From a virus, in IMG/VR virus record IMGVR_UViG_3300020470_001313, positions 86,608 to 150,607 of that record: a stretch of DNA of 64,000 nucleotides; one strand, written 5' to 3'. Shown piece after piece: positions 35,301 through 38,836 of the stretch. The translations under genes and the position numbers were made by a program. Position 1 is the first letter of the stretch, and each line of letters opens with the position of its first letter. The notes below the pieces were generated by a model. That model made no database searches. It had not been told where the DNA came from and saw nothing but the letters and a program-made list of their open reading frames with translations.

Positions 35301-36109
35301 CTAACAACAGAATAGTCAATATAAGGAATAAGCAGTTTATCACCAATAATAACGTTCAAATATACCGTTAAAACTGGAGTATAACTAACTTCTGACTTTT
35401 CTAGGTCAAATTCAGTCTTAGAACTGTTAAATTGACTAGAAATTGGGTCTAAAACCTGTACAGAATCCTGTAAAAATCCTTTTAAGTAGAAAATCGCAGT
35501 TTCTTCTACAGAGTCGGAAGGGTTAGGTGATCTTGGAGGATCTTGGAATACTATGTCTGTTCCACTAATAGTGAAATCTACTGTTGGAATTAGATACTTA
35601 CCAAATAATCTTACTACAATATGATCAGCACTTGGAGGTGCAATTGGAGCATTTTCTGAAGCTAACGGAAATGACCTCTGAACACCGTTAAAAGTCAAAT
35701 ATGGACTCTGTAACTCAATCCACTTTTCCCTGAACTCTGGATAGGATACACCGTCTGTTAAAGAGATTTCTGGTGATTTATCTGCCCTTTCATAGTAAAT
35801 AATCTCATCATTTACCAAGAGCGAACCATTACTCTCAGCAAAATCATCAACACTCTCTACAGTTATAACATCTGCCTTACTAGTAACCTCTTCAAGTAAA
35901 GATGTTTCACTTTGAATTAGGTTAAAGTCATACTCGTCTATATTCAGGTAATCCCTGAACTCATTTACAATATTTTGGGGTTGACCAGTCTTTTCCTGAC
36001 CCTTATAGTAATATTGTAAGAACTTCTCAAATGCTGGATAATCAGACCTGATAAAATCAGGCAACTGATTAAGGACATTCTGCGATACCTTATTAGTTGT
36101 ACTTGTCAT
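8381..36109 (-). CDS. gp7: Giant gp7-like baseplate wedge initiator / multidomain virion protein (9,242 aa)
   Basis: Uninterrupted 27.7-kb ORF directly after gp6. N-terminal QLPDFIRSDYPAFEKFLQYYY, FYSAKGTPKSIAYLFKILYG and IQDSYFYQDFSYSVK...HPAGFKVFG motifs of cyanophage gp7. Also YHYH-like, beta-propeller, two LamG, helical and beta-repeat regions. Confidence 0.8.
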   Translation of the reverse strand: MTSTTNKVSQNVLNQLPDFIRSDYPAFEKFLQYYYKGQEKTGQPQNIVNEFRDYLNIDEYDFNLIQSETSLLEEVTSKADVITVESVDDFAESNGSLLVNDEIIYYERADKSPEISLTDGVSYPEFREKWIELQSPYLTFNGVQRSFPLASENAPIAPPSADHIVVRLFGKYLIPTVDFTISGTDIVFQDPPRSPNPSDSVEETAIFYLKGFLQDSVQVLDPISSQFNSSKTEFDLEKSEVSYTPVLTVYLNVIIGDKLLIPYIDYSVVSDGLKQTLKLKTAPTADERAYIGSIEAPITSFGTGATAVAQIDNVGKLSGIKVKNGGRDYRLTNPPAVTVVTTTSGGGASAESLVNGIKNLTLLDGGAGYSDLQPPIVDIQVPTAAGGVSALAKATVKNGAVTAIELTNSGSNYTFTPRIVFKDPGGGKLSSCTLDANNGVDPASISVLSGGVGYTVPPTVFVDPPTGADPVQAEITAEITDGAVSGFSVVNRGRGYTSPPRIAIIDPGAAQILDVTVDTTGRVVDIELLSGGSGYVDIPSIYIVDNRKDNSGQFIGGTGATAVASIFNGQITDINITNFGTGYSITEPPTIIIQRPPSATASAEVGFGEVTGFKVIESGSAYTKAQFIGCARGVSGLVGYDKDGNAIFENKTYPAVHPVLTSTVKCLDGVFIEKMLSKFTEQYLPDIPKIDLNTININTVIKNIRTFYSAKGTPKSIAYLFKILYGEDVSVSYPKEQIVKPSAATWQVDTILRCVITEGSAANLSDGLIQQFSDNVDPNIKDASALIENFISIKTSELEIFEIVLSEETITGEFTIPYKTKLAEGISTTDSVITVDSTIGWPERNGEILVGNELIRYKEKSLNQFIECTRSVNSVVEDWDSATEVTSNFYVYVNYGQETQVTIKLVGIVKAENTTLTDDGSYYLPGDKLTVSKLGASEDAKLLDTWNYNVKKLVSVTSIEYGGLNNQTATVTCGNPHGLLVGDQVTIYGANPIVYNGTYLVQSRESATVFKYQLPQPGSTIPQGNILISVDLNRGKSDVESVNNVISIYTTNIQNTFFNDDYVYVAASGIPNYKVGPFEGQALIPGNQRKLLRFPRNSQTISTKDAINPGATGSWVNGVSVWSYKSDLKKIFGKVTAISIDSAGSEYDAAAPPNLTLSGGGGTGATGNVVVNGSITAIDLSAAGSGYTEPPLVSIVGGGGSGASATAVVVNKAVSRVLINDGGTGYTSKPEITIVGGGGSGALAEASVRGPIKTVNITSAGSEYTSSPTATLSSGEGAQAQAIVNNGRIISIAVINAGNGYTTPPTVEIYGTGFGAVAKAIIDTDGENAGRVTSITISNRGINYESGTTIIVLSSVGKDAKFTASVQDWNYNLAGPEQKPLQVGNETRGGYIPTTVLDDAQGSVFSGLNNQYGGEYAHLSNPKRLRYVLGDNLIEDANGKLTEATSNITHSPILGWAFDGNPIYGPYGYSDPTDQSSNVRRLEPSYSLKPELVYNEVTNTIPVRTGGPLLPPIDAFGRETVILTDSDDDGIPDSYYGTPPTNTFPAGTFVEDYTYNFGVGDLDRYNGRFGKTPEFPEGVYGYFITIDATEDGNPVFPYIIGPSFNSSVDKWNLAATAVQQNIPTGVIRYRDPYENVDIDVERTPNATADLLTTEDGLELTFDPIWEDADGDQVIDTNYQQNGNRLATRQDDRVFRLTYDQSTIAMAEGQQYVVPAFVTNNAQFAPSTSAITVQVLHNGLGVNTALVRAISNENFHKAFDGTYDQYIGLDFTYDNNGTSQSANITDIEYVGFRATYEITNTETTAEELTDVGSLLEENKLELFDYFPKVRFDSKVDIEVETTTKFEDAAVSSFVVENPGDSYQVNDRLVFDNTDTEGYGISAVVRTIEGKSVSSYSYELIDDVPHGVVECAEPHDLLATDRVLIDYTPNSASELETYKVKVVDGIEKINVTQVGTGYNDDVPISVEIDGVGQHAAITPIIDTGNGTVSEFNIVRSGNGFTSAPKLVISHPQSFKKAEYFLNNTNNLKNSVSNAIFTDDSTKDYYVCGNTLDEFNNRVGFAAKYSQSGDLIWSKTARSEQPSGQDTYCDFSAIYVDITSDTQDVYVTGTTKPNSLNINYNPDVVLMKFNQSSGGANVGIQYQKEIAGISGSTRADIVTAITKVGENKFCIGGYTNTNTSNPYDAFLIVFNENLIIQQKRKIASTDSSEKVTDIKYNPDNGRFYALLEVAPTSNSPQKTFAIAHCEAQQFQLAVHKVTNFTATSYNIWDPRFDIDEFGDFYVSGTAYSGSNSNSIIVTKVTVDDDVVWGKRWTPTGGTTWRNLKAIGGNIDVFGQYNVACNYEVNESTAEYDSYRKQSEVSKIKYDGTLISTNVIKFTRNITGFEINAFISDASGDPVVVGQAFRNEVIGLFNFEQTSETEPVDTTGNITNRQLIGDYYKGSNITSGAPNGKGSTGGLMIDAWDGSAWSDTHLELEPGNNTGIWGFGDSFDINGDWTIEGFYSVDETNDQQDTRLGAVGSTHHILFGVGHGNEPGITVMLNRSNKRLEMFASATTQRTAGAISSVDNVLINNVGYVHVALTKAGNVYTLYANGIQVGTGTLPGNSNIATTAKIYMGNSPNWTGAATGVAVTTAGSFNVDGFKITDRVIQVIVPSTTADFNTYLQKYTYAVDCGLILKTDKNVDTSRQGDFTGTNTKWQFNTAAYTYSNVTDQVINSGSLTLAGEGLQVLDYNDVNSTLVLDSLTISSTTDVWSTRTATIPAIGGRKVKATPETWGKFYIQTVDAIQADNILKFTFNQPATFNVGSQLQQKNAGGQVIGTATIVETDDTGVYVASYGNATDWVGWEDTGEIVSTGTEVNEIPSQTFANQDFDATAGQGTFIFNIPGGLSARFKDYNINDYTVRIDATAPAGSPYIVGSVITPTSDTVSWNADKTELTIGASPNQLTAVTQITLITNLEKIIVLDDAANTDKIYFTTAEAHRHSVGDNLLISGNDLDEFNGSFNVTNVLSTRSFIVGLRGTAVGLPVAASLIDIYAKHPVLKMYYQHKYKFMLGDESLQGYFMSFSKDNLFKLEYSFNSITRVGTPGYQVGNQPEPYVQISINNDVTNISYYFDPSRTGDTSPVDDSTYMDVVTTPYHGNFVIYSTSGGTITTGDTIFKFPLTSEPEGTAQASLVKYTTFSEKAVGPIGDIRLVNGGGFYKKLPVISNIVSNRKIERVAITEPGTEYAVGEYTGVPIAGDGEGGKVNITVADGEDEDGNNIPGQISEVIVTDPGKNYTTATIDIESITGILGAGLTGSGAELDVVIPPNGSGASVFVKADKIGKIKKLKNNNFGFDYTHDYTLRPEITFPVNVQLTSTNILDSITVTDPGSGYATPPAVIIAGGGGTGATAEASIKNGRIDAIEVKDPGAGYSSQPDVTLKSSFNYVVNLDLNLLQFSFPHGIVNGSAVTLTANDDGSGDDPELPISSFGRLNANTTYYAISGITNSLENDQLRLAITKDNAAIGDYISYTNAGTGRQVVLTDSFGGAATANVVTGRFLAGELLYQGDSLETATATGYVSENDGWQIGPRILKIVDYTGTFSKNQIVTGTISKASGTIDNFSIAKGVLEVGAITTTPGRFVDDVGKPSEIIQKIQDSYFYQDFSYSVKAPVSISDWRDILITNVHPAGFKVFGELGLVEKSTIENKETAFELTKSVNLAESAIVPNLQNFTLVEPVYTEFDNTEVRFRQKNLTSSEQILTSTVQKINDISDQFDGEKISFPLTVQNINQDGNVVTEPVIASANQLLISLNGIVQSPGDAFTVQGSNIVFSSPPQPPANVQYSNATLEFKTIHRANLSTISGIFPLIGGTIRGIVTDYEAIVVATGLTSVDFYYKTTAGQPFQTDDPSTTLTYEGEAITSSATGFTANVDSITTLTNTNLFQFKEDIENLRGDNAKIERVNLEGDNGQVLTTVPAGLSASGNTFDVASGYALAKVTLTTAGTGYIDNIDGVTTTGGSGTGMTVEVEADGSGVITSVKIKERGTGYSLGDVVTISGGGNQDATVTIVANAGGVYQIDSERFEVSSIIGNTVTANRGVDGTTVVGHQTDSNVFGTTIEIGDTVLLSKTAGTYQSTAGLFDIVIGDIIIGQQSAIVAEVVGISAYRDPVTNEPNNQVIISEGSTFQGLVFNRITNINFQNVVLDNISQTQLQLTDINDVNAEFNSKFPNSEVVSNLILEYNNAAGTFTVDEDIRNHIVNYSNISGDLIDGETVRLYKLAYDEPKVTPDGLILSGDIIRSENGTAQVIGTNYARKYLYLGKVARRSTDLHVPVAQSGAINATLQKKFGSASLYLNGSAYVSVPTSTEFGFGNGEWTVECWFYAASVTGTQHLIDFRTQASEASPCIRLDGTGLEFHVSGADVITGGTVTQNTWHHVAVSRDGNNHRMFLDGTQVGSTWTNATDYGTTKPIKIGADHAAANQFQGYVDELRVSNNKRYTTNFTVATYMHQGDANTLLLVHFDGANLSTTFQDWSGVPTWNEGDQFLTGDTTFRFFDASTEILNNVELIANEAIYQTDKEFVKLHIPHPDTEVPITYGKEFYNVIQSNLDFIAAEAYDRISPEPPPGTGPIDCKDDVKDIIRNISYNLTYGYNNKTYDAAKLYVNNAKLDHLKGKESFSIRVFNEARDITKRVINNSPVLQYNGFKASDATYEPVSGDLTVDIGKSHNFIVNSTRSNGSACVTANSLKFTCAMDGNKSEHTYPRLEDQAYLRKNPVKEVGITSHTIDNATYDPETGILQLWVPGHKFVDGNSVQILGKSLVFTCDQDDHHTDHNYPRTTDPWNGRWLKISNSNPDSFEVNVGKSLSYTFTPTDGTYDPTTGDMVLDIGTHSLAAGQTIKIQPNSLVWTCALDSNATEHTYPRTAIDTHQAASGSTYAPLTGVLDVTTAATHGMQVGDWIKFDEGAITFNCTMDGGSSNKAYPRQTDPTYDKWLQVESIPSTTRFTVNVGKSPAVNYTPTDASYNPTTGIMELTIGTHGMVVGDAIKLAQDSLTFTCDYNNDNHSTTKTYPRSNGNDSVTYNTSIAITAVGDAVLTPTFADYNPTTGHMTLTIKDHPIQNGDKIKIANNALSFTCDHDNHDTVHSYPRATDEASGKWLSVFNRTPDTVTVQILPAVPSTNTTAHTFVSCTAGCVTGKDMTISMQVLPSAPSTDQTEHRFVSASAGAVETGGNYTHTFVSGTANGIKQKRDKVYDTSIPIKYEGTPYTAAQSDTDYEPTTGVLTIGQTGHNFTVGEYVKIVDESLTFQCNTDSYGSNHLYPRPTDPASGQWLRINAVATNSFDVQIGKSSDTSNHNCTAVATNGIIRRDSKITVNVGVSSNTSAHTFVRADNNCIETGTGENVEGFSVSGASYTPASGVLELTIGDHDFSVGEYVKIANNSLNFVCNHNSDNYITNKSYPRTTDPAYNKFLKITDIGTNSKTATGATYEPTTGLLTITSAAHGFVSGQRIKIVDSSIVFTCLAGGGTHAYPRSTDPISGKWITVTVVDADTFKCNVGVSSNTTTHSFDSAVANGIQYQSGTIQVNALQGTTPTNTSTHQFVNANNQYTPTDADYDPATGWMTLTLADHTFASGEYIKVADAGLVFTCATDDNKTQHSYPRETDPFSGKWMKIGKVTTDTFAINVGPTSNNTVHTFVSAVFNCLTRAVVYNGGAYNHVFKSHAPHGLLGQDGNITFNVGSSPEVGHDVSAATYTPADGNLVLNIGKHNMNVGNGIKIDTDSLTFQCNMDSQNTNKTYPRATDPVHNTTIPITAVGQTQHTVVAGNHAFVSALSGGIRDASATGNTYTVTGAVYTAETGNLVLTVGADGTDSLAASDEVQMKVSSLTMTCDLDNNATNHAYPRATDPIFTTLGTGTADATWSRVIPITKSGNDITMNVGIGTAGTRYNPETGVLTLDIQNHGWSGPTNLTGASGTTYDPATGELSVTTTAVHGLANGARVRFEEGAFTFSCAMGSGNKTYPRKSDPTFGEWLDVDVDSTTVFKVNVGKSPLKDFHVAHADYDHLTGDLVLEIGNHDLKVGTAIKLAKESLVFTCSNDGYATTHKYPRTTDPAYNAALNIKGVTATTITINVNVGSSGNQFAHKFVPAVGLTPSAATYNPGNGTLQMTINGHGLESTGRIKIAEDALQFTCDMDHHETVHSYPRSTDPVANKWLDVTVVDANTITVPVGQTPIVNHDVTNAVYTPNTGEMVLTVGHNHGIKKGQGIKIAANSLSFKCQQDATAQEPDGVTTHTYPRNTIDTSTVNTASYDPATGHLTLTVPLHGYKYGEKIKIADNSLTFKCAKDGNATNHSYPRGSDYASGRWLPIFDVTSTTFKVQVLDLAPSTNPDTHIFESATNNGISIQRDPYYDRTIYVDDVSRTTITINVGISSNVSAHTWVGGTSSNAVQSGGNYTHTFVNAVNNSILTSVVRTGGNYTHTFQSAAANGIKVAGDQVKLDNDALKFTCKLDNDTTYHSYPRPKDPSASQWIPIENLTTHTFDIQIGKSPDTSIHTFNSCVGNALKKQTGEITVNVGASPQVLYDVAGATYNFTSGDLVLNIGAHDLIEAQSIKLADSSLTFQCTYGGSPVQVAYPRGTGSGYVGGTPAGADYAWQRALPITAVGKNQHTVTGATYTASTGILKLTIANHGFTDQDKVRILDNSLTFTCNKDLHQTLHTYPRGNDPISNKWMAISNITDNTFDVQVGQTTIGDFEHIFISATSNGLETQTGTITVDVKPITSVGSPTAHTFIGATAGAVIAGGNYTHTFQSATAGAVKTGGGYAHTFVSSEDNAITSHGEIQQTNSNIPFVYGGYPEANARLDALMKIVTDTLSDPGANRTLEYPSSVNFIQRTHPSFSKCVRDAKEWVKAICYDLRNEGNSKSWDTALYYVDRSDTNNITINHISGEEGETVWAIAKVRDFMINVMRGDAISITGDHGYEQVIDTTITRDTANPYCQDVASAITTYTGIISDTIDKANSLTPSDHLGTVTRTAPTSETGGGVVDAYVTSEWTCDKEFPDDDLFVSNQLNPDALNRYKDAANLIRANATVIVDETAGDMLARYPDLVQDMPRNAGGASGLGTIRCKTDLGLILDAIAEDLEFGGNANTVTAFRYYLGSDGEILHIRLQLLQSLYAHERLAFYAKAAIDGTLVANYSTNVIIPPAGITVDGGGCANVKASIDTLVNLMNSTLSPTGDRFADAADLMIFNKEYIAIEAVGLMQEKFSYIDAGSNTIRVFDYPGGDTDGKNKCIRDMTLIVDSIASDLLVGGNYSSVEAAKKFLDTSNNIVQVEDQLAQTAEAIQRTGFLCKKAVNNLLQSTGAGQLTPEHYVGRFSDQNINPAVTDLTITDSQDDGYNTDYTAQDCANVQSAIDTLIETIIEILVPAGKQGREAALQILVGDEYFEEEIRSSTIADWGGVWEEAEETAFLKQVKDDAIYDLLSTSDLIGTPYTPTAVSYTPSTGKLVLTIPGHGMTPYTKHTPTGAAFTPATGAMVITLSGHGFKNGDKIKIDDNSLTFKCALDNSVTKTYPRSSDPASGRWLTIAAVTTNTFEVNVGISSNTSAHTFQTALSDCLQKQNDVIQIKPNSLTFTCAMDDDSSYHSYPRPTDPFYKKDIAVEAVTTNTVTVDVGKSTAGTYTPTAADYNHITGDMELTVGSLDVSNATYNPTSGDMELTVGNNHGLTTDDTIGLKPESITFTCAAATGTHTFVTGTTNGLTFDVGGTLSQKTAAAGTTYDPATGLLVVEIGSHSYTTSDTVEIADQAVIFTCDADNHATQHPYPRSSDPASGQTLPIDAVTATTVTIDVGQSTQTQSAYPRLTGSRAVGGIDYAAKNRLAITATSSTTITVNVNDPNGGAISVPVAHTYASSLPGAVMTGHRLLAGTSIRLAPNSLTFTCTQGAGNQTYPRTTDPYYNKSINIKSVGTDNVDDPDDATYNPNNGILTLNINNHGISAGDLIKLDDGAITFKCALDNEISVHAYPRATDPKSQKWLEPTIINNDSFSINIGASPDTSTHTYVTCKPNGIKKQDGTIIINVGVAASADQYPHTFVAGQAAAINAIQTGGDFTHTFTSADEGCIEGPVSTANLNNTAALQNIRLITSPVSSETQSDNIWPSGQRETFDAGGWTVSGGTISNDIGVAPDGTSTADKYIPGVNTDPKVIERTFNLPTFDTFDSATLTFDDTNNNFDEGSSLSYQEYTFSCFVKQDEYYKFRHSISWSATDQAEFTWDAVTGAIGPSLFINGNVVVGDGSPSNDMKGTFWGVKPYGFGWFRPFITIRVPFGISSITMKEYMLNNTGTLAGGGSQGDGTSGSFIWGAKLNKGFLDIYQSEAGEKFYISDEFNIKNYILDKFEDFVEEQLNNNLTNPAPDSGTIPAYKPELNIYYDTPEVMFRIKNTIRLYKSQLVDDSFYEQQTGFVGVTLPVVTYVAGGSRNIPVGLGQKLVGSDHFYGIGSDSYAEIEKVTSNEARIAKIFKRFSFKADQVTLGSGNADFALGEIVQITGNAAITGVVYATSSDDNFRYMDVVISAGTFTQYLGITGQTSGAALAGGTNLVGSITNLTNAGANANRTQGSYDGIAATGGNGSNATFNVTVDDQGAANITIANGGTGYGVSDVLTLPDALLGNGGAPNITFEVGTLTNAGIQTIVDRFQVINLVNEMKPGYSFKGYSSGAKADIVSFNKNEGAVLDNTGGKLTLDTESVIGSFEENSIVYPDATRIYLDVTKHPSIAANIATGDKVVATGYTRLGVTLTGPNATLDFTVGQYVYQANNNQSIIEGGAYGIVTGWDDSNNYLYVSPIGSSAFANGQYIGQYQLGETSSPIIYGQVSTTVNATTTAYGTVSRIDEIGLTNRVYLSDVVGTFTGNDTIISDDGYKAASSEKIDVVGRTSRWFVGFDGTQTQFKLTEQNGTPYFPDPEGHMMIFVNGILQPPGAAGSYTAFSDIIQFNEAPTIGSSFTGFYVGKMRQLDDISFEFDSLRSSFNLKRDGTFYSIALTEGVQATESIIADNNIIISLNGVIQQPGIGFELVGSRVVFKETPRVGSTFVGFAYIGSDADVTQSEVVPPIEAGDLLDIQGETEDREVAVIESSNTLVTFEYIGSVFGRDAQGNATIVKNRIDSVQVTNPGSGFSARPVIRVDSASGFDGAVKALVGVSRVDTTAPGSGYNYPGVTITQVVADDWTAPDLSAYGEEALYKEEIVDSDVINVTPENLANVDSGDIPGQGSSPAGTGTTLGVFAVTSIWSSTP
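11873..13768 (-). repeat. Second cluster of ~105-aa nested beta-module repeats (6 copies) inside gp7-like ORF
   Basis: Six YPR motifs with the consensus A.Y.P.TG.L.LT...H....G..I.I....L.FTC..D....H.YPR.TDP....I.....T..VNVG.S.....HTF. Confidence 0.85.
15719..22093 (-). repeat. Main cluster of ~105-aa nested beta-module repeats (20 copies) inside gp7-like ORF
   Basis: Twenty FTC..D....YPR-type motifs counted by hand over about 2,125 aa. Confidence 0.85.
22600..23210 (-). other. LamG / concanavalin-A-like domain inside gp7-like ORF
   Basis: KKFGSASLYLNG...WTVECWFY...NTWHHVAVSRDG...MFLDGTQVG...FQGYVDELRVS...DANTLLLVHFDG; boundaries approximate. Confidence 0.8.
28050..30080 (-). other. Beta-propeller with an inserted second LamG domain inside gp7-like ORF
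   Basis: Blade repeats YYVCG / VYVTG / FCIGG / FYVSG / PVVVG with ...AAKYSQSGDLIWSK. A LamG-like segment (GDWTIEGFY...VHVALTKAGNVYTLYANG) interrupts the last blade. Boundaries approximate. Confidence 0.6.
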
Positions 36110-36128
36110 TGATTATTTTGGTTCAGGC

Positions 36129-38102
36129 TCAGAAACACGCCATATTATTGAGGTCACCAGCGTTATCAATAGTAACTGGGGTAACCACAGCAGGGACTAC
36201 GGCATACTGCTCAGGGTTAAGATTATTTAGCGGAATTGTAGCAGGTGGAAGGGTTCCAATCGGTACAACCGTGATATCAGGTGTCGGAAGTGAAATAATA
36301 GTACCAGGGGTATCTGGTCTTACTTCCGATGGGTTTTGTGGAATAACTTGAACTGGTAATTTACCGCCACCAGGAGGATTATCTATAGCAACAGGTCCGA
36401 AACAAACCTTTCCTGTCAGATAATTAATGCTTCCAGCAGCATTATTGGTATAAATCTTGCTTGAACCACTATTATAGTAAGTTCTCAAATTACCAAATCC
36501 ATCATCTTCAAAATATTGAACTACAGTTGGTCTATCTGTAGTAATAAATTCTCCAGATCTAATGATTGGTTCTTTATAACAAGTAGAACCGCTACCACCA
36601 GTTCCATCACCACTATCATTAGAAGGATTTGAATCATACAATGGTTGTCCAAAGTCAATACAGTAAGTGTCAACTGCACTGGTATTGGCATTCATTATCA
36701 TATAACGCATCAATGTAGTTTGTACAGATGCTGAGTCAATAGAAGAATCTGCTAATCCGATTGCTTTATTGAATTTAGATAATGAGAATGAAGATTCAAA
36801 GTTGTTAATATTCTCCTGAGCAGCATATTGCTCAATAGCACCTAACACAAGAGACTGTAATTCTGAAATACTCTTACTGGTCTTAGTTGGGTCGTAGAGT
36901 ACAAATAAGTTATTGGAGACATAAAGGAATGATGGGTCAATAATGACTGGTTCAATGGATGCCATTGAATATGCCCTTAAATCCTTTGCAATTGACAATT
37001 TTGTCGCATTATTGAGTAAATTTCCCGTTTTTGTCTTAATTGCGACGTAAACTTTACCATAAACAGGTGGATCTAGCTCATCTCCACCAAAAGCAATGAC
37101 ACTTTCGGCATTTGAGTAAACTTTTTTGGTAATAATTGAATAATCTTGTGATGTTACCGCCCTAAGTTGGGTCGTATAGTCCCTAGGAGCAGTGTATTTG
37201 ATAGACTCAATGGATTCAACAGAATCACCAAATTGAGACCTCTCATTGACCGTTAGACCTGTTTCTACGATGCTATCAATTGTTCTACCATACTGGTCTT
37301 CAAGTTCTCCAACAAAATCAAAATCCTGAACGTCATTAGCAGCAGCTTCATGACTCTTGACATAGGAAATGTTAATAACTTCACCATCTTGGAGTTTTCT
37401 TCCAATGACTCCATCACCAAAAATGATCTCATACCTTTGATCTTCAGTTTCACTAAGGAAATAGACCCTAGAGTCTGCTTTAATGTTCGTTACGTCCTCA
37501 CCAAGCACATAAACGTCCTCTTGGGTGGACTGAGCATTAGGTTTAACAGTAATCCTAAGTGTAGAAGTATCAACTTTATCAGTTGGGATCAAATATTTCT
37601 GTTTTTTGAAGGATGACACCGTATATCTATAAGTTAAGATGCTTCCTTCGTAAATTACGGTCTTATTGAACGTTGCAACCCCATTAATGTCAGTAGTAGC
37701 ATTAACATCCTCAAGTACATTGAATGTATATGCTCCACCAGTTGCCGTAATACCTTTTTTTAGTGACACATACTGAGGATAGGCATCATTCAACAATTCT
37801 GTTTGTACAGTGAACGATACACACGCTTTTGCTGCCCTAGAAGACCTTGGAGTATAATTTAGTGTCTTTGCTAAACTTACAACGTTATCCCTGACTGTAG
37901 CGGATGAGAGAAAGGTCTCATTAACCGCCATGTTAGCATTAAATGCTGTATAGTAAGTATTATAAGCAAGAACATCAACCAAATACGACAGAGTAGACCC
38001 CTCAAAGTCATAATCCGTAAACTCATCACGAGTCCTTAGATAATCTTTGATTGAACTCTTAATAGAGTCAAAATCCATTGCTGTAAGGTTATTTGGAATC
38101 AT
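36129..38102 (-). CDS. gp6: Baseplate wedge subunit gp6
   Basis: 657 aa; FTDYDFEGSTLSYLVDVLAYNTYY, YEIIFGDGVIG, ESIESIKYTAP...RAVTSQDY. Confidence 0.95.
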   Translation of the reverse strand: MIPNNLTAMDFDSIKSSIKDYLRTRDEFTDYDFEGSTLSYLVDVLAYNTYYTAFNANMAVNETFLSSATVRDNVVSLAKTLNYTPRSSRAAKACVSFTVQTELLNDAYPQYVSLKKGITATGGAYTFNVLEDVNATTDINGVATFNKTVIYEGSILTYRYTVSSFKKQKYLIPTDKVDTSTLRITVKPNAQSTQEDVYVLGEDVTNIKADSRVYFLSETEDQRYEIIFGDGVIGRKLQDGEVINISYVKSHEAAANDVQDFDFVGELEDQYGRTIDSIVETGLTVNERSQFGDSVESIESIKYTAPRDYTTQLRAVTSQDYSIITKKVYSNAESVIAFGGDELDPPVYGKVYVAIKTKTGNLLNNATKLSIAKDLRAYSMASIEPVIIDPSFLYVSNNLFVLYDPTKTSKSISELQSLVLGAIEQYAAQENINNFESSFSLSKFNKAIGLADSSIDSASVQTTLMRYMIMNANTSAVDTYCIDFGQPLYDSNPSNDSGDGTGGSGSTCYKEPIIRSGEFITTDRPTVVQYFEDDGFGNLRTYYNSGSSKIYTNNAAGSINYLTGKVCFGPVAIDNPPGGGKLPVQVIPQNPSEVRPDTPGTIISLPTPDITVVPIGTLPPATIPLNNLNPEQYAVVPAVVTPVTIDNAGDLNNMACF

Positions 38103-38521
38103 TATTCCGCCCGTTGTAAAATAAAGTCTATAGTCTGCGTTAGAGGTTGACCGACAATACGATATTCAACGTCTACTCGTAGTTCATGATAATCATCTAG
38201 TGCTGTTATCTCAACACTAATAACTTCTACCCTAGGTTCAAAGTTCCTAAGAGTATTGGTAATTTCATCTTGTAGTGTATCAACTGTAAATGCATCTAAA
38301 GGTTCAAACAATAATTGATATACTTTAGAACCAACCTCTGATTGAAATAATTTCTCTCCTGGTGATGTTAGAACTAAGTTTTTCATTGCTTGTTTAATGG
38401 CATTAGCATTCTTCAAAACAATAAGGTCTTTCGTAACTGGATTCTTTGCAAAAGAGTTTGCAAGATCCTGAAAACTACGAGAGACCTTAAGGTTCTTTGA
38501 TGTTATTGTCTTTAGTGCCAC
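38102..38521 (-). CDS. gp25: Baseplate wedge subunit gp25
   Basis: AIKQAMKNLVLTSPGEKLFQSEVGS..LLFEP..LRNFEPRV; immediately upstream of gp6. Confidence 0.95.
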   Translation of the reverse strand: MALKTITSKNLKVSRSFQDLANSFAKNPVTKDLIVLKNANAIKQAMKNLVLTSPGEKLFQSEVGSKVYQLLFEPLDAFTVDTLQDEITNTLRNFEPRVEVISVEITALDDYHELRVDVEYRIVGQPLTQTIDFILQRAE

Positions 38522-38808
38522 TATACGCTATAAAATGTATACTTTAAAGTTAACTCCTCCATTGGACCTATCGGTTTTATTACTTGTATAAAGTATCTTC
38601 CATTCTCAAATTCATACTTTGCACAATTAGGATTATCACTGTGATTAATAAAACCACCTAACGGAGTGCGTATAATTTCATCATCTAATATAATGTGAGA
38701 TAAACCAAGATTGGTTCCAATTGCAAGGTCTTTTCTTGTGAAAATTCCTTGACCAGCAACAGGACTCTCCTTAACGAAGAGCCCATCTGGTAAAGCTTGA
38801 TATGTCAC
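38521..38808 (-). CDS. Minimal SET-domain protein (putative lysine methyltransferase)
   Basis: GQGIF (GxG), GFINHSDNPNC (NHS) and EELTLKY (ELxxxY) SET signatures in 95 aa. Confidence 0.85.
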   Translation of the reverse strand: MTYQALPDGLFVKESPVAGQGIFTRKDLAIGTNLGLSHIILDDEIIRTPLGGFINHSDNPNCAKYEFENGRYFIQVIKPIGPMEELTLKYTFYSV

Positions 38809-38828
38809 TTTATCATTATATCTCTTTT

Positions 38829-38836
38829 TATTTATG
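38829..38836 (-). promoter_or_regulatory. Late promoter-like CATAAATA upstream of SET gene
   Basis: Plus strand tatttatg, overlapping the stop codon of the upstream peptide. Confidence 0.55.

Noticed and set aside
8381-36109. Intein, intron or stop-codon recoding explaining the giant ORF
   Set aside because: The frame is continuous in the standard code, and I saw no intein splice-junction or LAGLIDADG motifs.
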